From NCBI GenBank assembly GCA_951406725.2, contig OX597828.1:41912001-41976000 (forward strand): DNA of 64,000 nucleotides, written 5' to 3'. The notes beneath the pieces are model-generated. The model did not search any database and was not told where the DNA came from. It worked only from the letters and a program-made list of their open reading frames with translations. This DNA comes from Octopus vulgaris (taxonomy: Eukaryota). A program made the position numbers and the translations under genes. Positions 11,982 through 26,639 of the stretch are shown here, in pieces (the stretch's first letter is position 1; each line of letters opens with the position of its first letter).

Positions 11982-12521
11982 GCATATACAGAAAAGCACA
12001 CTTACACCCTCTTATGTATATATGCATGTTGTATACATGCATATTCATATAGATATTAATGAATGCATATATTTCGCATAAACGTACCATTAAGCTAAAT
12101 GCATATATAAATGCTCATTTGAAATACATAAATAAAAGTCCAAACACACACACACACACACATGTACACACACACACACATGCACACACACACAAACACA
12201 CACGCACACACACACGAAAAAAAAAGCCAGTCAAAGAAGGAAGGAAATTTATGTTTTGTTTGTATAGTTAATGTCAAGGTTGGCGGGTCAATTTCGCTAG
12301 TTCTCTTTGCACTGAACTTTTAGCTTCTGATTTCCAGGAGAGGATTCATTGTCAAGAATTAATCCTTTCATCTTACCATAATTAAGAATTATTATGTTTT
12401 CTGCACCAACTCTTCAAATTAGATTCTGATGGATTTTTGGCGCGAAGAAGCAAAAAAATTCATGCCTTTTGCATCAATTTTTCATTATTTACAGTTATTA
12501 TCAACTGTATACAAATATGGC

Positions 12522-12569
<48 letters not shown>

Positions 12570-13032
12570 CGTGTGTGTGTCTGCGTGTCTGTGTATGTGA
12601 GTCAGTGTATGTGTGTGTATTTATATACAGACATATACATAAATAAATGTGTTTGCCGTTTGCAAATATACTTTTCCACGGCTCATAATTGTTTGTGTAT
12701 ATATACACATTAAACACACTAACACACACATACACCAACTCATACACAGGCATATACAGACACATATAATGCATACTTATATATATATATATATATATAC
12801 ATGTGTGCGTGTATGTGTGTGGGTATATATATATATGTACATTTACTTATGTGTGTGCGTATGTGTGTAATAAATATATGTATAAATGCGCGCATCTAAT
12901 TGTGGATATGCAAATATTTTGCGTGCGCGTTTGTATATATATGTATATATGTGTGTGTGTGCGTATGTATATGTATATATATGTATATATATATATCGAT
13001 ATATGTATATCTATCTATCTATCAATCAATCA

Positions 13033-13080
<48 letters not shown>

Positions 13081-13099
13081 CTCTCTCTCTATCTATCTA

Positions 13100-13141
<42 letters not shown>

Positions 13142-13301
13142 TTGGGAATAATATATGTTCATATTCTTCAGGCATGTATAAGTAAATATATTTGTTGTGT
13201 GCAAGTATGCATAAGTCTCTGTAAATAGCCTCTTCCATACATACATACATGCATCTATATACATATATACATATAAATATATATATATCTATATCTATAT
13301 C

Positions 13302-13398
<97 letters not shown>

Positions 13399-13412
13399 GC
13401 ATATATATATAC

Positions 13413-13455
<43 letters not shown>

Positions 13456-13801
13456 CATATATATATATATGTACGTATGCATGCATGTATGCATTGTAAG
13501 TGTATTTCTGTTTATTAACAGAGTGGCTGACTGTTGTACACGCGGATCATAAATATTTTACAGTTTGCCAACAAATACATCACATTTGATCTGATTTTTC
13601 CTCTTTCTCTCTCTCTCTCTCTTTCTTTCTCTCTCTCCCCCTCTTCCTCTCTCTCGTGCTGAATAGATGCCAGTAAACCTTTCACATGATGATTACTTTG
13701 CACTCACTCATACACAACACATACATACATACATACATACATACATACATACATACACACAAACATGCATATATAGGTATATCTATATCTATATATCATA
13801 T

Positions 13802-13870
<69 letters not shown>

Positions 13871-14070
13871 GTAATAATAGTAATAATAACAATAATAATG
13901 ATAATGATAATGATGATAATAATAATAATAATAATAATAATGATAATAATAATAATAATAACAATAATAAAATCATGAAAATCATATGTATATATATACA
14001 TATACGTATATATGATTTATATATTATACATATATTAATATCCATTACTCCCTATATGTGCGTATATATA

Positions 14071-14136
<66 letters not shown>

Positions 14137-14464
14137 TACATACATACATACATACATACATACATACATCCATATATGAATATATCTATACATGTATGTG
14201 TGTTTATATATTGAAATGCGTGCGTGAATTTGTATGCTTTGATTATGATCTGCCTTATCTGTAACATACACTCTTATATACACACATCTCTATATCTCTA
14301 TATATTAATACTATGCTTACACACACACAAACAAAGACACGAAGGTATACACATAAATACATTCATATACACACACATACACACACATACACACACACAT
14401 ATATATATACATACATATACATACATATGTATATATATAGAGAGAGAGAGAGAGTGAGAGAAAA

Positions 14465-14621
14465 GGCTTCTTTTCAGTTTCCGTCGTCCAAATCCACTCA
14501 CAAGGCCTTTGTCGGTCCGTGACTATAACAGAAGACAGTTGCTCAAAGTGCCATGATGTGGGACTGAACCTAGAACCATGTGGTTGGTTAGTAAGCTTCT
14601 TACCATGCAGCCACGCTTGCG

Positions 14622-14623
<2 letters not shown>
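14465..14623 (-). mobile_element. SINE family B, 5' half
   Basis: ggcttcttttcagtttccgtc..ccaaatccactcacaagg...cttcttaccatgcagccacgcttgcgcc. Confidence 0.85.
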
Positions 14624-14664
<41 letters not shown>

Positions 14665-14691
14665 GTTATGTATACATATATGTATAATATA

Positions 14692-14851
<160 letters not shown>

Positions 14852-15045
14852 TACATATGTATATAAATAAATATATGCCGTTTCGATTCCCGGCATAGGA
14901 ACGGCATTTCTGTTGCCAGGTGGTGCTATTAAGTTAGACATTGCCTGGTCCGATACTGGCCAAAACCTTTCTAAGTTATGTATATATATATGTGTGTGTA
15001 TATATATATATATACATATATATATACATACATATATATATATAC

Positions 15046-15083
<38 letters not shown>

Positions 15084-15087
15084 ATTC

Positions 15088-15125
<38 letters not shown>

Positions 15126-15210
15126 ATACATATATACATACATATATATATATACATTATATATATACATGCATATATATACATGCGTACACACACGCGC
15201 ACACACACAC

Positions 15211-15242
<32 letters not shown>

Positions 15243-15247
15243 GTATG

Positions 15248-15294
<47 letters not shown>

Positions 15295-15479
15295 ATACAT
15301 ATGTATGTATAAATAGATAGATATGTAGCTAGATATACATACATATATATTCATACCTACAGTAGACTAAATGTCTGTAGTCTTTTACTCATATTCGCAG
15401 TTCAATAAATGACCGGCAATCGTAATTTACTAATTAATCGTAACCTTTCTAGCTTTCTCCGAATATGTTGCCCGCGATT

Positions 15480-15615
15480 GAATGTTAGTTATATAAACCA
15501 ATTGCTCCAAAAATTGCATTCATATGTTCGAAACTATATCGCATGCTTCGCTCAGAATGTACACAGCACAGGAAGTGGACGGCAACCGGAAGTGGTGAGT
15601 GTATGCGGAAGCTAG
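15480..15615 (+). promoter_or_regulatory. Candidate promoter/first-exon island
   Basis: TATATAAA 15490-15497, CCAAT 15498-15502, ETS-type CAGGAAGT 15569-15576 and ACCGGAAGT 15585-15593, donor-like G|GTGAGT 15595-15600 in non-repetitive sequence; motif evidence only. Confidence 0.3.
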
Positions 15616-15934
15616 ATTCTGTTATTTCCTGCTCCAAATTTTATTGCAATATTCGCTCTCCCATTGAAAATTATTCTTTTGCCATCAAGACTCGGGAAAT
15701 GAATACAAAATACTTTAATTTTAGAGTAACTTGGGGGACAGGTAAAAACGAAAATATAATGAAATAAAATGAAAATATAAACTTATGATGTGTCGAGTTT
15801 GCACTGGTCGACCATTGACAAAATGAGAGTCGTATTAAATCTTTATCTTTCCTTTTTTACCTGTTTTATACGTTGGACTGTGGTCACGCTGGAGCACCAC
15901 CATGGAGGGTTTAGTAACAAAAATAGCAACAGCT

Positions 15935-16130
15935 ATGATGCTGTCGATGACAACGACGACGATGATGATGATAAAAGTGATGAGGATGATGACGATAACA
16001 ATGACAATGACGACGATGACGATGATGATGATGATGATGATGATGACGTCGAAGATGACGACAACGACGACGATGATGACGACGACGACGAGGATGATGA
16101 TGATGACGACGATGACGAGGATGATGATGT

Positions 16131-16172
<42 letters not shown>

Positions 16173-16292
16173 CGATGATGATGATGATGACGATGATGAT
16201 GATGATGATGATGACGTCGAAGATGGCGATGATGACGAGGATGATGATGTTGATGATGATGATGATGACGATGATGACGAGGATGATGATGT

Positions 16293-16349
<57 letters not shown>

Positions 16350-16685
16350 CGACGACGATGATGATGATGATGATGATGACGACGACAACGACGACGATGA
16401 TGACGACGACGACGATGACGACGACGACGATGATGATGATGTTGATGATGCTAGTAAGGATGATGATGGCTACGACAACGACAATAGCAACGACGATGGT
16501 GATGACGACGACAACGACAGCGACGCTGATGATGATGATGATGATGATGATGATGACGACCATAACGACAATAACGACGATGATGACGACGACGACGACG
16601 ACGACGACTATGATGATGAGGAGGAAGAGGATGAGGATGATGACAGCGATGACGATGACGACAACGACCACGTGGACGATGATGA
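15935..16685. repeat. (GAT)n/(GAC)n imperfect trinucleotide array
   Basis: Direct reading; source of the poly-Asp ORF. Confidence 0.95.
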
Positions 16686-16925
16686 ATCAAGTTTAACGGA
16701 ATACCGCATTTTTCCCCCTTTCGATGGAAATTGAGGGATTTACAATTTCGAAGTAGTTTTCCCTTTATTTATTTATTTATTTATTTATCCGTTTATTTGC
16801 TTGTTTAGGAGTTCCATCCAAGTTCTTTTGCAATTTACGTTTTATACAAGAATGGATTTTAATTTTCGCAGACCTAATAGTGTAAATTTTTTAATCTTAT
16901 TTCTCAGTGTTGTCTTTTATTATTA

Positions 16926-16984
<59 letters not shown>

Positions 16985-17056
16985 ATGCCTTTTAAAAAGT
17001 TTCCTTCTCAACAGAAAATTAAGAAATGACGATGAAGATGACAATAATATAAATGC

Positions 17057-17135
<79 letters not shown>

Positions 17136-17157
17136 AATTATAATAATGATGATGATA

Positions 17158-17232
<75 letters not shown>

Positions 17233-17429
17233 GACAATAATAAGATTCATCATCATCATCATCAGCATCATTATTAGCATAATTTTTTTCTCACCTCTAA
17301 CCTCTCCCTGTCATAAAATGTGAGAAATCAGCCCAAAGGCTGTGCCGCCTCCCAAATTCAACGCGAACTCAGAATCAAGGAACGACGAATGTCATTCGAA
17401 CGACTGGCTGACATCGTCGGCGTCGCTGT

Positions 17430-17950
17430 TATTGTTGTTGTTGTTGGTATTGATAACGATGAGTATGATAATGATGGTAATGGTGGTGGTGGTTGTGATG
17501 ATGATGATGATCGTGATGATGATGACGGTGGTGGTTGTGGTGGTAGTTGTGATGATGATGATGATGACCGTGATGATGATGACGGTGGTGGTTGTGGTGG
17601 TAGTTGTGGTGGTGGTGATGATGATGATGATGATGATGATGACGGTGGTGGTTGTGGTGGTGGTGATGATGATCATGATGGTGGTGATGATGATGATCAT
17701 GATGGTGCTGGTGGTGGTAGTTGTAATGGTAGTGATAATGATGATGGTGGTAGTGGTGAGGGTGATGCTGCTGCTGCTGCTGATGATGATGATTATGGTG
17801 GTGGTGGTGGTGGTAAAGTTGATTATGATGATGCCGAAGATGACAATGACGACGAAAACGACGATGACGATGACGATGACGACGACGACGACGCTGATGA
17901 TGATGATGATGATGAGGAGGAGGAGGATGATGATGATGATGATGATGACG
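17430..17950. repeat. (GAT)n/(GGT)n compound trinucleotide array with internal duplications
   Basis: gatgacggtggtggttgtggtggt block recurs at ~17521, ~17578, ~17638. Confidence 0.9.
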
Positions 17951-18634
17951 AATTTAAAATTATCAAGATCGTGAAAAAACACCCTTGAAACCGTTGAGTT
18001 AATCACTTCCCAAGACAGGCAAGTTTCCCTACCACCACCACCGCCTCCACCGCCTCCACCGCCTCCGCCGTCTCTGCCGCCATCGAACTGCCAAATTCAA
18101 CACCAATCAGGTCCACCACAGGAAGATGAAGTTCACCAAAAAATCTTCCCATTTCTCTATATAAATCCCCCCCTCTCTCTCTCTCTGCCCTCTCCATTAT
18201 ATTATTAATTTTTGCTTCACCACTTATGTTATTGCTCTTCAGAAAGGTATCTAGACCACAACATCCTTGTTAAAAGCAATAAATCATCGATTATTTATTT
18301 ATATTTTCCATTTTTGCAATAGTGTTATTTTTTTGTGCGCAATGACACTAGACAACTGGGCGCAGTGCTCCGCCCTTTGTGTTCTGTCTCGTTCTGTATT
18401 TTCTCTTATGTCCATTATAGTGTGAGTGATATACAAGTGTACAGTGACGCGTGGTGATACATTCTGTTCCTCAAGTAGACTTGTAAGTCCTGAGGATTTG
18501 GCTGTTTCATCTTACATCTTTTACTTGTTTCAATCACTGAACTGCGGCCATGCAGCAGCACCATCTTTGAATTCAGAACTTAAGAACGGACGAAATGCCG
18601 CCAAACATTTTGCTACGCGTGCAAAGTTCCCATA

Positions 18635-19040
18635 CGGTAGCGAGCTGGCAGAAACGTTAGTACGCCGGGTGAAATGCTCAGCGGTATTTCGTCTGCCGTT
18701 ACGTTCTGATTTCAAATTCCGCCGAGGTCGACTTTGCCCTTCATCCTTTCGGGGTCGATAAATTAAGTACCAGTTACGCACTGGGATCGTTATAATCGAC
18801 TTAATCCGTTTGTCTGGCCATGTTTGTCCGCTGTGTGTTTATTCTCTTGTGTGTAGTAAAGAAATAGGTATTTCATCTGCCACTACATTCTGAGTTCAAA
18901 TTCCGCCGAGGTCGACTTTGCCTTTCATCCTTTCGGGGTCGATAAATTAAGTACCAGTTGCGTACTGGGCTCAATCTAATCGACTGCCCACCCTCTCCCC
19001 CGAAATTTCAGACCTTGTGCCTAGAGTAGAAAGGAATAAA
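18635..19040 (+). mobile_element. SINE family A, dimeric copy
   Basis: Head at ~18635, junction aaagaaatagg|tatttc at ~18868, tail aaatttcagaccttgtgcctagagtagaaagg. Confidence 0.9.
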
Positions 19041-19734
19041 AAATTCCCAAAGACAAATACCACGTTTCATAGAAGGAAGTGGGGTATATGTGAGCCAGTC
19101 TATCACAGATACTTCTTGTATTGACCCTCAGGAGAATGAAGAACTAGGTCAAAGCATGGGCAAAATTCAAATGTGTACGGAAATAGTTCCTTATAATGGT
19201 TTCTTAATAGAGTCTCAAAGCCAAATATTTGGGACATGGACGTTGTTGATTAGATCGATTCCAATTTCACTAAACAGCTATTTTATTTCAATCGACCCCG
19301 GGAGGATAAAGAGTCAACTCGAATTTGTCATGATTTGAACCTGAACGGTTTCTCTGACATTGATATGATTCGAACCTAAAAGGATTCGCTGACATTGAAG
19401 ACACGCAATCGTGTATGATGACACGATTGCAACAATAACCAAAAAAAAAAATAATAATGAAATAAAAGAGCGAGTATAGAATAATTTTTAGGAAGAGTGA
19501 AATGTTCTTGAAGGTGGTGGTGGTGGTTGTGGATGCTACAACCCACACCTCATGAGACACCCTTTAAAATTTAATGACTTCAACCGTACGACTGTTTTTT
19601 CTTTCAAAATGAAGAATTTTCACAAATTTCCCTAATTTTTAAGTGCGAAATTCTGAAAAAATAATCCATTTGCTATTACGCTACGCATTTAATACAATTT
19701 ACATAAATATATACAGATATTTCTTATGCACGTG

Positions 19735-19791
<57 letters not shown>

Positions 19792-19812
19792 GTATGTATG
19801 TATGTATGTATG

Positions 19813-19843
<31 letters not shown>

Positions 19844-19917
19844 GTATACATATATATATACATATATATACATATATATAAATACATGTATGTATACATA
19901 CATACATGCATACATAC

Positions 19918-19985
<68 letters not shown>

Positions 19986-20278
19986 TGGTATGTGTAAATA
20001 TATGCATAGATATGGAAAAGGAGGCATGGCATATACGCACTTTAAACGTGCGTATGTGCTTTTTCTTTGTATGTGTGTGTGTATATGTATCTCTAGATGT
20101 ATGTTTGTGTGTGTAAATATGCAGAGGTGAGTGAATATGAGTACATATGTATGTACCCTGTATGTCAATGACTATGCTATGAATCTATGTGCAACACATA
20201 CATACATACCATATATCTATGTAGATATGTATAACTGTGTATGTATGCATGTATATATATATATATATATATATATGA

Positions 20279-20331
<53 letters not shown>

Positions 20332-20389
20332 TGTATGTATGTATGCATGTATGTATGTGTGTATGTATATTTATATTTCTGCGTACGGG

Positions 20390-22580
20390 TACGCAGAAAT
20401 TCCGAGATGGTGTCCGGCGTGCTGAAGGACCATTGGGAGTGAGACACCCCTCAGCTTCTATTGAAGTATGTCTCTATGAGAAAGTCACTCTGATATAAAT
20501 ACTCCCACAATGTATTGCTACACAGAGGACTTTCAGCTGTGCAACGAAGTCTAGCACTTTCCCACTATAACAGTGTAAAATCACTAATGCAGCGACCTCT
20601 CAGGAAGATGCAGAACACTTGGTGAGTGGATCTTGATCGTGATGTTCAGGCTGCTGCTGATGCAGATGACAGTAAGAAGCTTTACCATCTTACGAAACAA
20701 GTTAATTGGCCTAAGAGCTATACATCAGCTCCTTTGCTTTCCAATCCAGAAATCACAGGTCGCTGGATCGAACACTTCTCTGAACTACTAAACCACGAGT
20801 CAGTTGTGGATGAAGTGATTGATACTATATAACAAAGACCTATCATCGGCTCTTTAAATTCCATGCTCTTGATAGAATAGGTAATGACATCGATAAGTAA
20901 ATTCTTGCGATTTGGTGGTGATTACACCAAACAGCCTCTTCATGAGCTTAGTGTAGTCAAGAGGGATGGTGCAATGCCTAAGGACTGGGAGGATGCAATT
21001 ATTCTTCCTCTCTATAAAGGAAAAGGAGCCAGAACAATGTGTGGTAACTACAGAGGTATTGTTCTACTAGTTAGGTTCTGGAAAATATTCTTCTTACCCG
21101 CTTGAATGGGTGTCTCGTAATGATGTCCTATCTCAATCTTAATGTGGCTTCCAATCTGGTAGAGGGAAAATGGATATGATTTTCACAGCAAGACAGATGC
21201 AGAAGTGTTATGGGCAAAATATGGTTCTTGTCCAGGTATTCATTGGTTTAACGAAGGCCTTTGATACTGTAAATAGAGCCTTTCTATGGAAAATACTTGG
21301 CAAACTTGGATGTCCGGATCACTTTGTACCTATAATTAAATCATTCCATAATGGAATGGAGGCTAGGGTCAATGTTGGTGGTGGCATGGTGGGACCCATT
21401 CCTGTAGAGAATGGTGTTAAGCAGGTTGACATCCTTGCCCTAAAACCCTTTTCTTTGTATTTTGCTGCTGCTTTTACTCGTGATTTTGCTAAGGTTTGCT
21501 TTCTCAGAATATATGTCAGATATCGATCTTCTAGCCGCCTCTATAATCTGCGCCGATTTGGTGCCAATTCAAAAATTTTCCAGTCTCTTATTCGTGACCT
21601 CATTTATGCAGACGACTGTGACTTAGTCATTTATACAGTGAATGACATACAAATATTTATGAACCGTATTTCTGCTTCTTGCAAGGCATTTGGACTCAGC
21701 ATTAGCTTGGATAAGACTGTTGTTATGTTCCAGCTTGCACCAGGAAATCCTTATGTGAAACCAGCTATCTTGGTTGAAGGAACAATTCTGAAAATGGTAG
21801 ACAAGTTTCTCTACACACTCAGCCATTCTTGCTTCCTTGATGATGAAATATCTTTCAGGATGCAGAGAGCAACTAATTCTTTCCGGTCTGGTCCCAGCAT
21901 GGCGTCACAAGACAAAACAAATTTGGTGTGTACAGTGCATGTGTACTGACTTCGCTCCTTTATTCATGTGAGACATGGACCTTTTACAAACTTTCATCAG
22001 AGATGTCTCAGACATTCTAAATGTTAGCTGGACCATAAAAACTCCAGACACATAGGTCCTGAGGACAGCTGGTATCTTGAGTATTGAGGCGATGGTGCAC
22101 AAGCACAGGTTACGTTAGACTGGACACCTCATTAGAATGAAGGATAACAGGATCCCTAAGCAGATGCTATATAGGGAACTTGTGAATGGAAAAAGACCCC
22201 GGCAGAAACCAAGACTGCGATTTAAGGACTGTGTCAAGTCCTCATTAAAAGCCTGTGATATGCAGAAGACTGACTGGGAGAACAATGCCTGTCATCGCCA
22301 CCGATGGAGGAAGCAGGTTAAGAAGGGGGTTAACACTTTGAGAGAGCATGTATTCAGCATGAAGACCTTAAGCGTGCTGCTCGAAAGCACACTGCTGGTG
22401 TGGTGAATGGGGGTAAGCTTCGTCTATCAGGTTTGCAGTCGTGTATGCTTGTCAAGAGCAGGACTCATTAGCCACCAAAGGAGCTGCAAATGCAAAATAT
22501 AAGTTAGTCATAGAGCGCACAATGTTTTTCAAGGTCAGCAATGGTCTTCCTCGGTCACGAGTGGACGGCCATCGTACAAA
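20390..22580 (+). mobile_element. RTE-clade LINE (BovB-like), 5'-truncated; reverse transcriptase pseudogene with stops and frameshifts
   Basis: DWEDAIILPLYKGKG..CGNYRGI, DMIFTARQMQ, LTKAFDTVNR..LWKIL.KLGCP, GVKQ, YADD, RIPKQMLY.EL..GKR..QKPRLRFKD and a C-terminal CSRVCLSRAGLISHQRSC finger. Confidence 0.95.
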
Positions 22581-22981
22581 TAAATATATACATATACTTA
22601 TATATATATTGTTGATGTCATAAGTATCTATATACTTCGATAGAATGTTAAATAATTCATTTTTGGATCGGTGATACTCGAAGCAGATAAAGCTATAAAC
22701 AGCACCATGTAAATATTGGGTTGCAAAGCTCCCTGGATAGAAAAGCTGAATCGACCCCTCGTCTTCGGTAAACATGACGGACATCCTAACACACAGAGTT
22801 TCACGTAATCGATCATCAGAGAGAACCACATTTCTGGAACACTACAATGGTTTGTAGATGCTTTTATCATTATGGCATCCTTTTGGAACATTTTGATTTA
22901 TTGAAAACTTCCCAAAATTTCCTTCATTTCGATCATCATTCACATGAAACGCTGAGTAAGAATTTGTGAAGAAATTTTCAA

Positions 22982-23142
22982 TGTGGCTGTGTGATAAGTA
23001 GCTTGCTTGCCAGCCACATGGCTCCGGGTTCAGTCCCACTGCGTGGCATCTTGGGCAAGTGTCTCCTACTATAGCCTCGGGCCGACCAAAGCCTTGTGAG
23101 TGGATCTGGTAGACAGAAATTGATAGAAGCCCGTCGTATATA

Positions 23143-23205
<63 letters not shown>

Positions 23206-23430
23206 GTATGTGTGTGTGTGTGTATATGTTTGTGTGTCTGTGTTTGTCCACCAAAATCGCTTGACAATCGATGCTGGTGTGTTTACGTCCCCCGTAACTT
23301 AGCAGTTCGGCAAAAGAGACCGATAGAATAAGTACTAGGCCGACAAAGAATAAGTCCCGGGGTCGATTTGCTCGACTAAAAGCGGTGCTGCAGCATGGCC
23401 GCAGTCAAATGACTGAAACAAGTAAAAGAA
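22982..23430 (+). mobile_element. SINE family B, full length
   Basis: gtggctgtgtgataag (box A-like), gggttcagtccc (box B-like), cttgggcaagtg (CORE-like), internal (TA)n(TATG)n(TG)n, 3' end gcagtcaaatgactgaaacaagtaaaaga. Confidence 0.92.
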
Positions 23431-23479
23431 TAACAATAAAACACTTTATTTTTCTTGAACATTGATATTCGAACATTAT

Positions 23480-23602
23480 TTTCCTTTCTATTATGGCTTA
23501 CAAGGTCTGAAATTTGGGAGAAGGGGGATCGTCGATTTCATCGACCCCAGTGTTCAACTGGTACTTAATTTATCGACCCCGAAAAGATGAAAGGCAAAGT
23601 CG
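23480..23602 (-). mobile_element. SINE family A, 3' part
   Basis: atcgaccccagtgttcaactggtacttaatttatcgaccccgaaaagatgaaaggcaaagtcg. Confidence 0.8.
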
Positions 23603-23646
23603 GTGTGTATGTATGTCGATAGGTAGATATACGTGTGTATTTATTG

Positions 23647-23686
<40 letters not shown>

Positions 23687-23923
23687 ACATATATGTGTAT
23701 ATATTCTCAGACCCACATGAGTATACACGTAGAAGAATTGATGGTGTGAAACCTGTCCCCAGTTACTCCCCCTGCCATATTTTTTTTATTCATTTATTTA
23801 TTCTATAAAGTTATTTATTTATTTTTTTGTATAATAGTTGAACCCAACGAATTAACACACCCCTGCCGATCTCAAATCTTCCTACCACCGCCACTAACAA
23901 TAAACACTATCACCACCACCACC

Positions 23924-23973
<50 letters not shown>

Positions 23974-24225
23974 CTATTTTGTATGCGTGTTATATTTACA
24001 TATATGCATATATATATATATATATATATATACACACGTCCTTAAACACACACACACACACACATATACACAACACTCATGGCTTACCACCCTTCTCCAA
24101 ATTAATCTCTCACACTCTGTACACACACATATGCACACACACACACACACATACACACACTCGCACATACTTTCTCACTCCGACACCCTTTGCATCCAAT
24201 ACTATAAACATACATAAACAGTCTA

Positions 24226-24292
<67 letters not shown>

Positions 24293-24387
24293 TCATATAT
24301 ATACATGTATAAATATGTATATATATGTATGTATTGATATATATATATAAATGTATATGCATGTATATATATATATATATATATACG

Positions 24388-24460
<73 letters not shown>

Positions 24461-24831
24461 ACACTCTAACCACCCTACCATCCCGACCACCCGATTTTCG
24501 TGTTGGCTATCGACGACACGATCTCTCCCCTCTTACATATAACACCCTACCTTCACCACCATCACCCATCACCGAAATCCCACTTTCTCACACTTCACCA
24601 TGCTGTCGCTGTTACCCATCCTCCTCCTTCTCCTCTCTCCCTCTCTCTCTCTCTCTCTCTCTGTCTCATCATGTATTTGTGTGTATGAACGTATAGATGC
24701 GTATGTATGAACACGCACACACACACACATATATCTTTATATATATGTGTTTATGTGTGTGCGTGCGTGTACGTATATATGTATATATGTATGCATGTAT
24801 ATATGTATGTGTGCGTTTACGTATATATATG

Positions 24832-24865
<34 letters not shown>

Positions 24866-24873
24866 CATGTACG

Positions 24874-24908
<35 letters not shown>

Positions 24909-25415
24909 CTATATACGTATATATATAAGTGTGTGTATGCGTGTGTGTGTGTGAATTTATGTATGTATTTATGAGTTTATGACCTGATGCGGACACACAT
25001 CTATATATATATATATGCATGTATGTATGCATAAGTATGTATATATGCACACACACCACACATATACATATACATATATATATATATGCACACACACACA
25101 CAGATACACACTCACAGAAAGACACACAGACACACACACATTTAAGTCTGACACACCTTTGTCACACATTTAACCCAGAGTAAAGAAACAAAAATTTACA
25201 AAAAATTTACAAAGAAGCTAATGAAAGGAAGAGAGAGAGAACAATTATTTGAGGAACAAAAGATTCGGCAGATGACACAACATTTTCATCTCCACCTTTG
25301 TCATTCCTCAGCCAGCTTCTTTCACCAATATCTACACACACCGTACTCCTTCTTGTACCACCCCCGTTACCTCTGATACCGCAACCCCGCCGCCACCACC
25401 TGCACCACCACCACC

Positions 25416-25447
<32 letters not shown>

Positions 25448-25960
25448 CAACAACAACATCAGTAGTAATTATCACCAATACGCACCGCCAATGTTATCAT
25501 CAAAAATCATCATGACACACCTCTCCCTCCCTTTCTTTCTCTCTCTCCCTCTCTCCCTCTCCTTTTCTGTCTCTCCTTCTCTCTCTGTCTCTCTCTCCCC
25601 GCCGCCACCACCACCACCACCACTGACTCCGCCACCGGCACCAGCACCGCTGTATTAACAACGATAAGAATAACGAGAAGAATGATGGCAGCAGTAAAGG
25701 TAATTATCACCAAAACCACCGCAAACACCATCACCACTGCACCCCACCCCGCACCCTGCACCGCCCTGTCCCGCCCCCGCCGCATCACCACCATTACCAA
25801 CACTACCGCCACCGCCGCCGCCGCCGCCACTATTACCTCGACCACTAAACCAACAACAACTGCAGTAAATTACTGCATCAAACGGCGGATATACACAAGG
25901 TGACACACCCCCTGCCACCATCATCACTAGCACCTCCACCACACCACCACCACCACCACC

Positions 25961-25992
<32 letters not shown>

Positions 25993-26226
25993 CAATAACA
26001 ACCGTAAGAAGTAACAATACAGAAGCTACCACTACCAGTACTACTACTATTACTGCCACAGAGACCACCAACAAGAACAAGTTTGTCACCACAACCACAA
26101 CTACCACCACAGCAAAATAACCACAGCAACCAATACAGCCACTAGCGCCACCACACAAAATCATCCCTTGCTATCATAACCACCATCATAACCACCATTA
26201 TAACTACTACTGCTGCTACTACTACA

Positions 26227-26282
<56 letters not shown>

Positions 26283-26399
26283 CACTATAATCAATCACCG
26301 TCGTAGCTACTACTACAGCCACCATCATAACCACCGTTGTAACGGACACTACAACCATCATCATAACCCCCATCTTAACTGCCGGTTTGCCAATAAAGG

Positions 26400-26630
26400 T
26401 CAATAGACTAAGTGAAGTTACCTTTTCGAGTTTTGCTAACACATGAGGGCCGGTTTCCATGTTCCCGTGCATAGTTATCTCCCCCCCCCCCTGGATGAGG
26501 CGCGGGTCCATTACTGGATTATTCATTTTTGCCAGCTGAGTGGACTGCAGTAATATGAAATGAAGAGTCTTGCTCAAGAGCACAGTACACAGAACACAAC
26601 GCATTGGCCGGGTCCATGAATCGAAACTAC
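26400..26630 (-). mobile_element. SINE family D-related copy (CORE-like body)
   Basis: cagctgagtggactgcagtaatatgaaatgaagagtcttgctcaagagcaca...ccggg...aatcgaaac shared with 31135-31215 and 60130-60210. Confidence 0.7.
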
Positions 26631-26639
26631 AATCCCGCT

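Noticed and set aside
15790-16734. 314-aa poly-Asp ORF resembling acidic molluscan biomineral proteins
   Set aside because: The body is a (GAT/GAC)n microsatellite open in several frames, and the apparent hydrophobic N-terminus overlaps a SINE B tail fragment (~15850-15905). Similar tracts recur at 17.4 and 37.7 kb.
17320-17988. Gly/Asp-rich 222-aa ORF
   Set aside because: Compound trinucleotide repeat read-through with no domain or splice support.
22452-22891. Minus-strand ORFs of 125 and 87 aa in partly unique DNA
   Set aside because: No recognisable motif; the longer one runs antisense into the RTE 3' end, and no convincing splice signals were seen.
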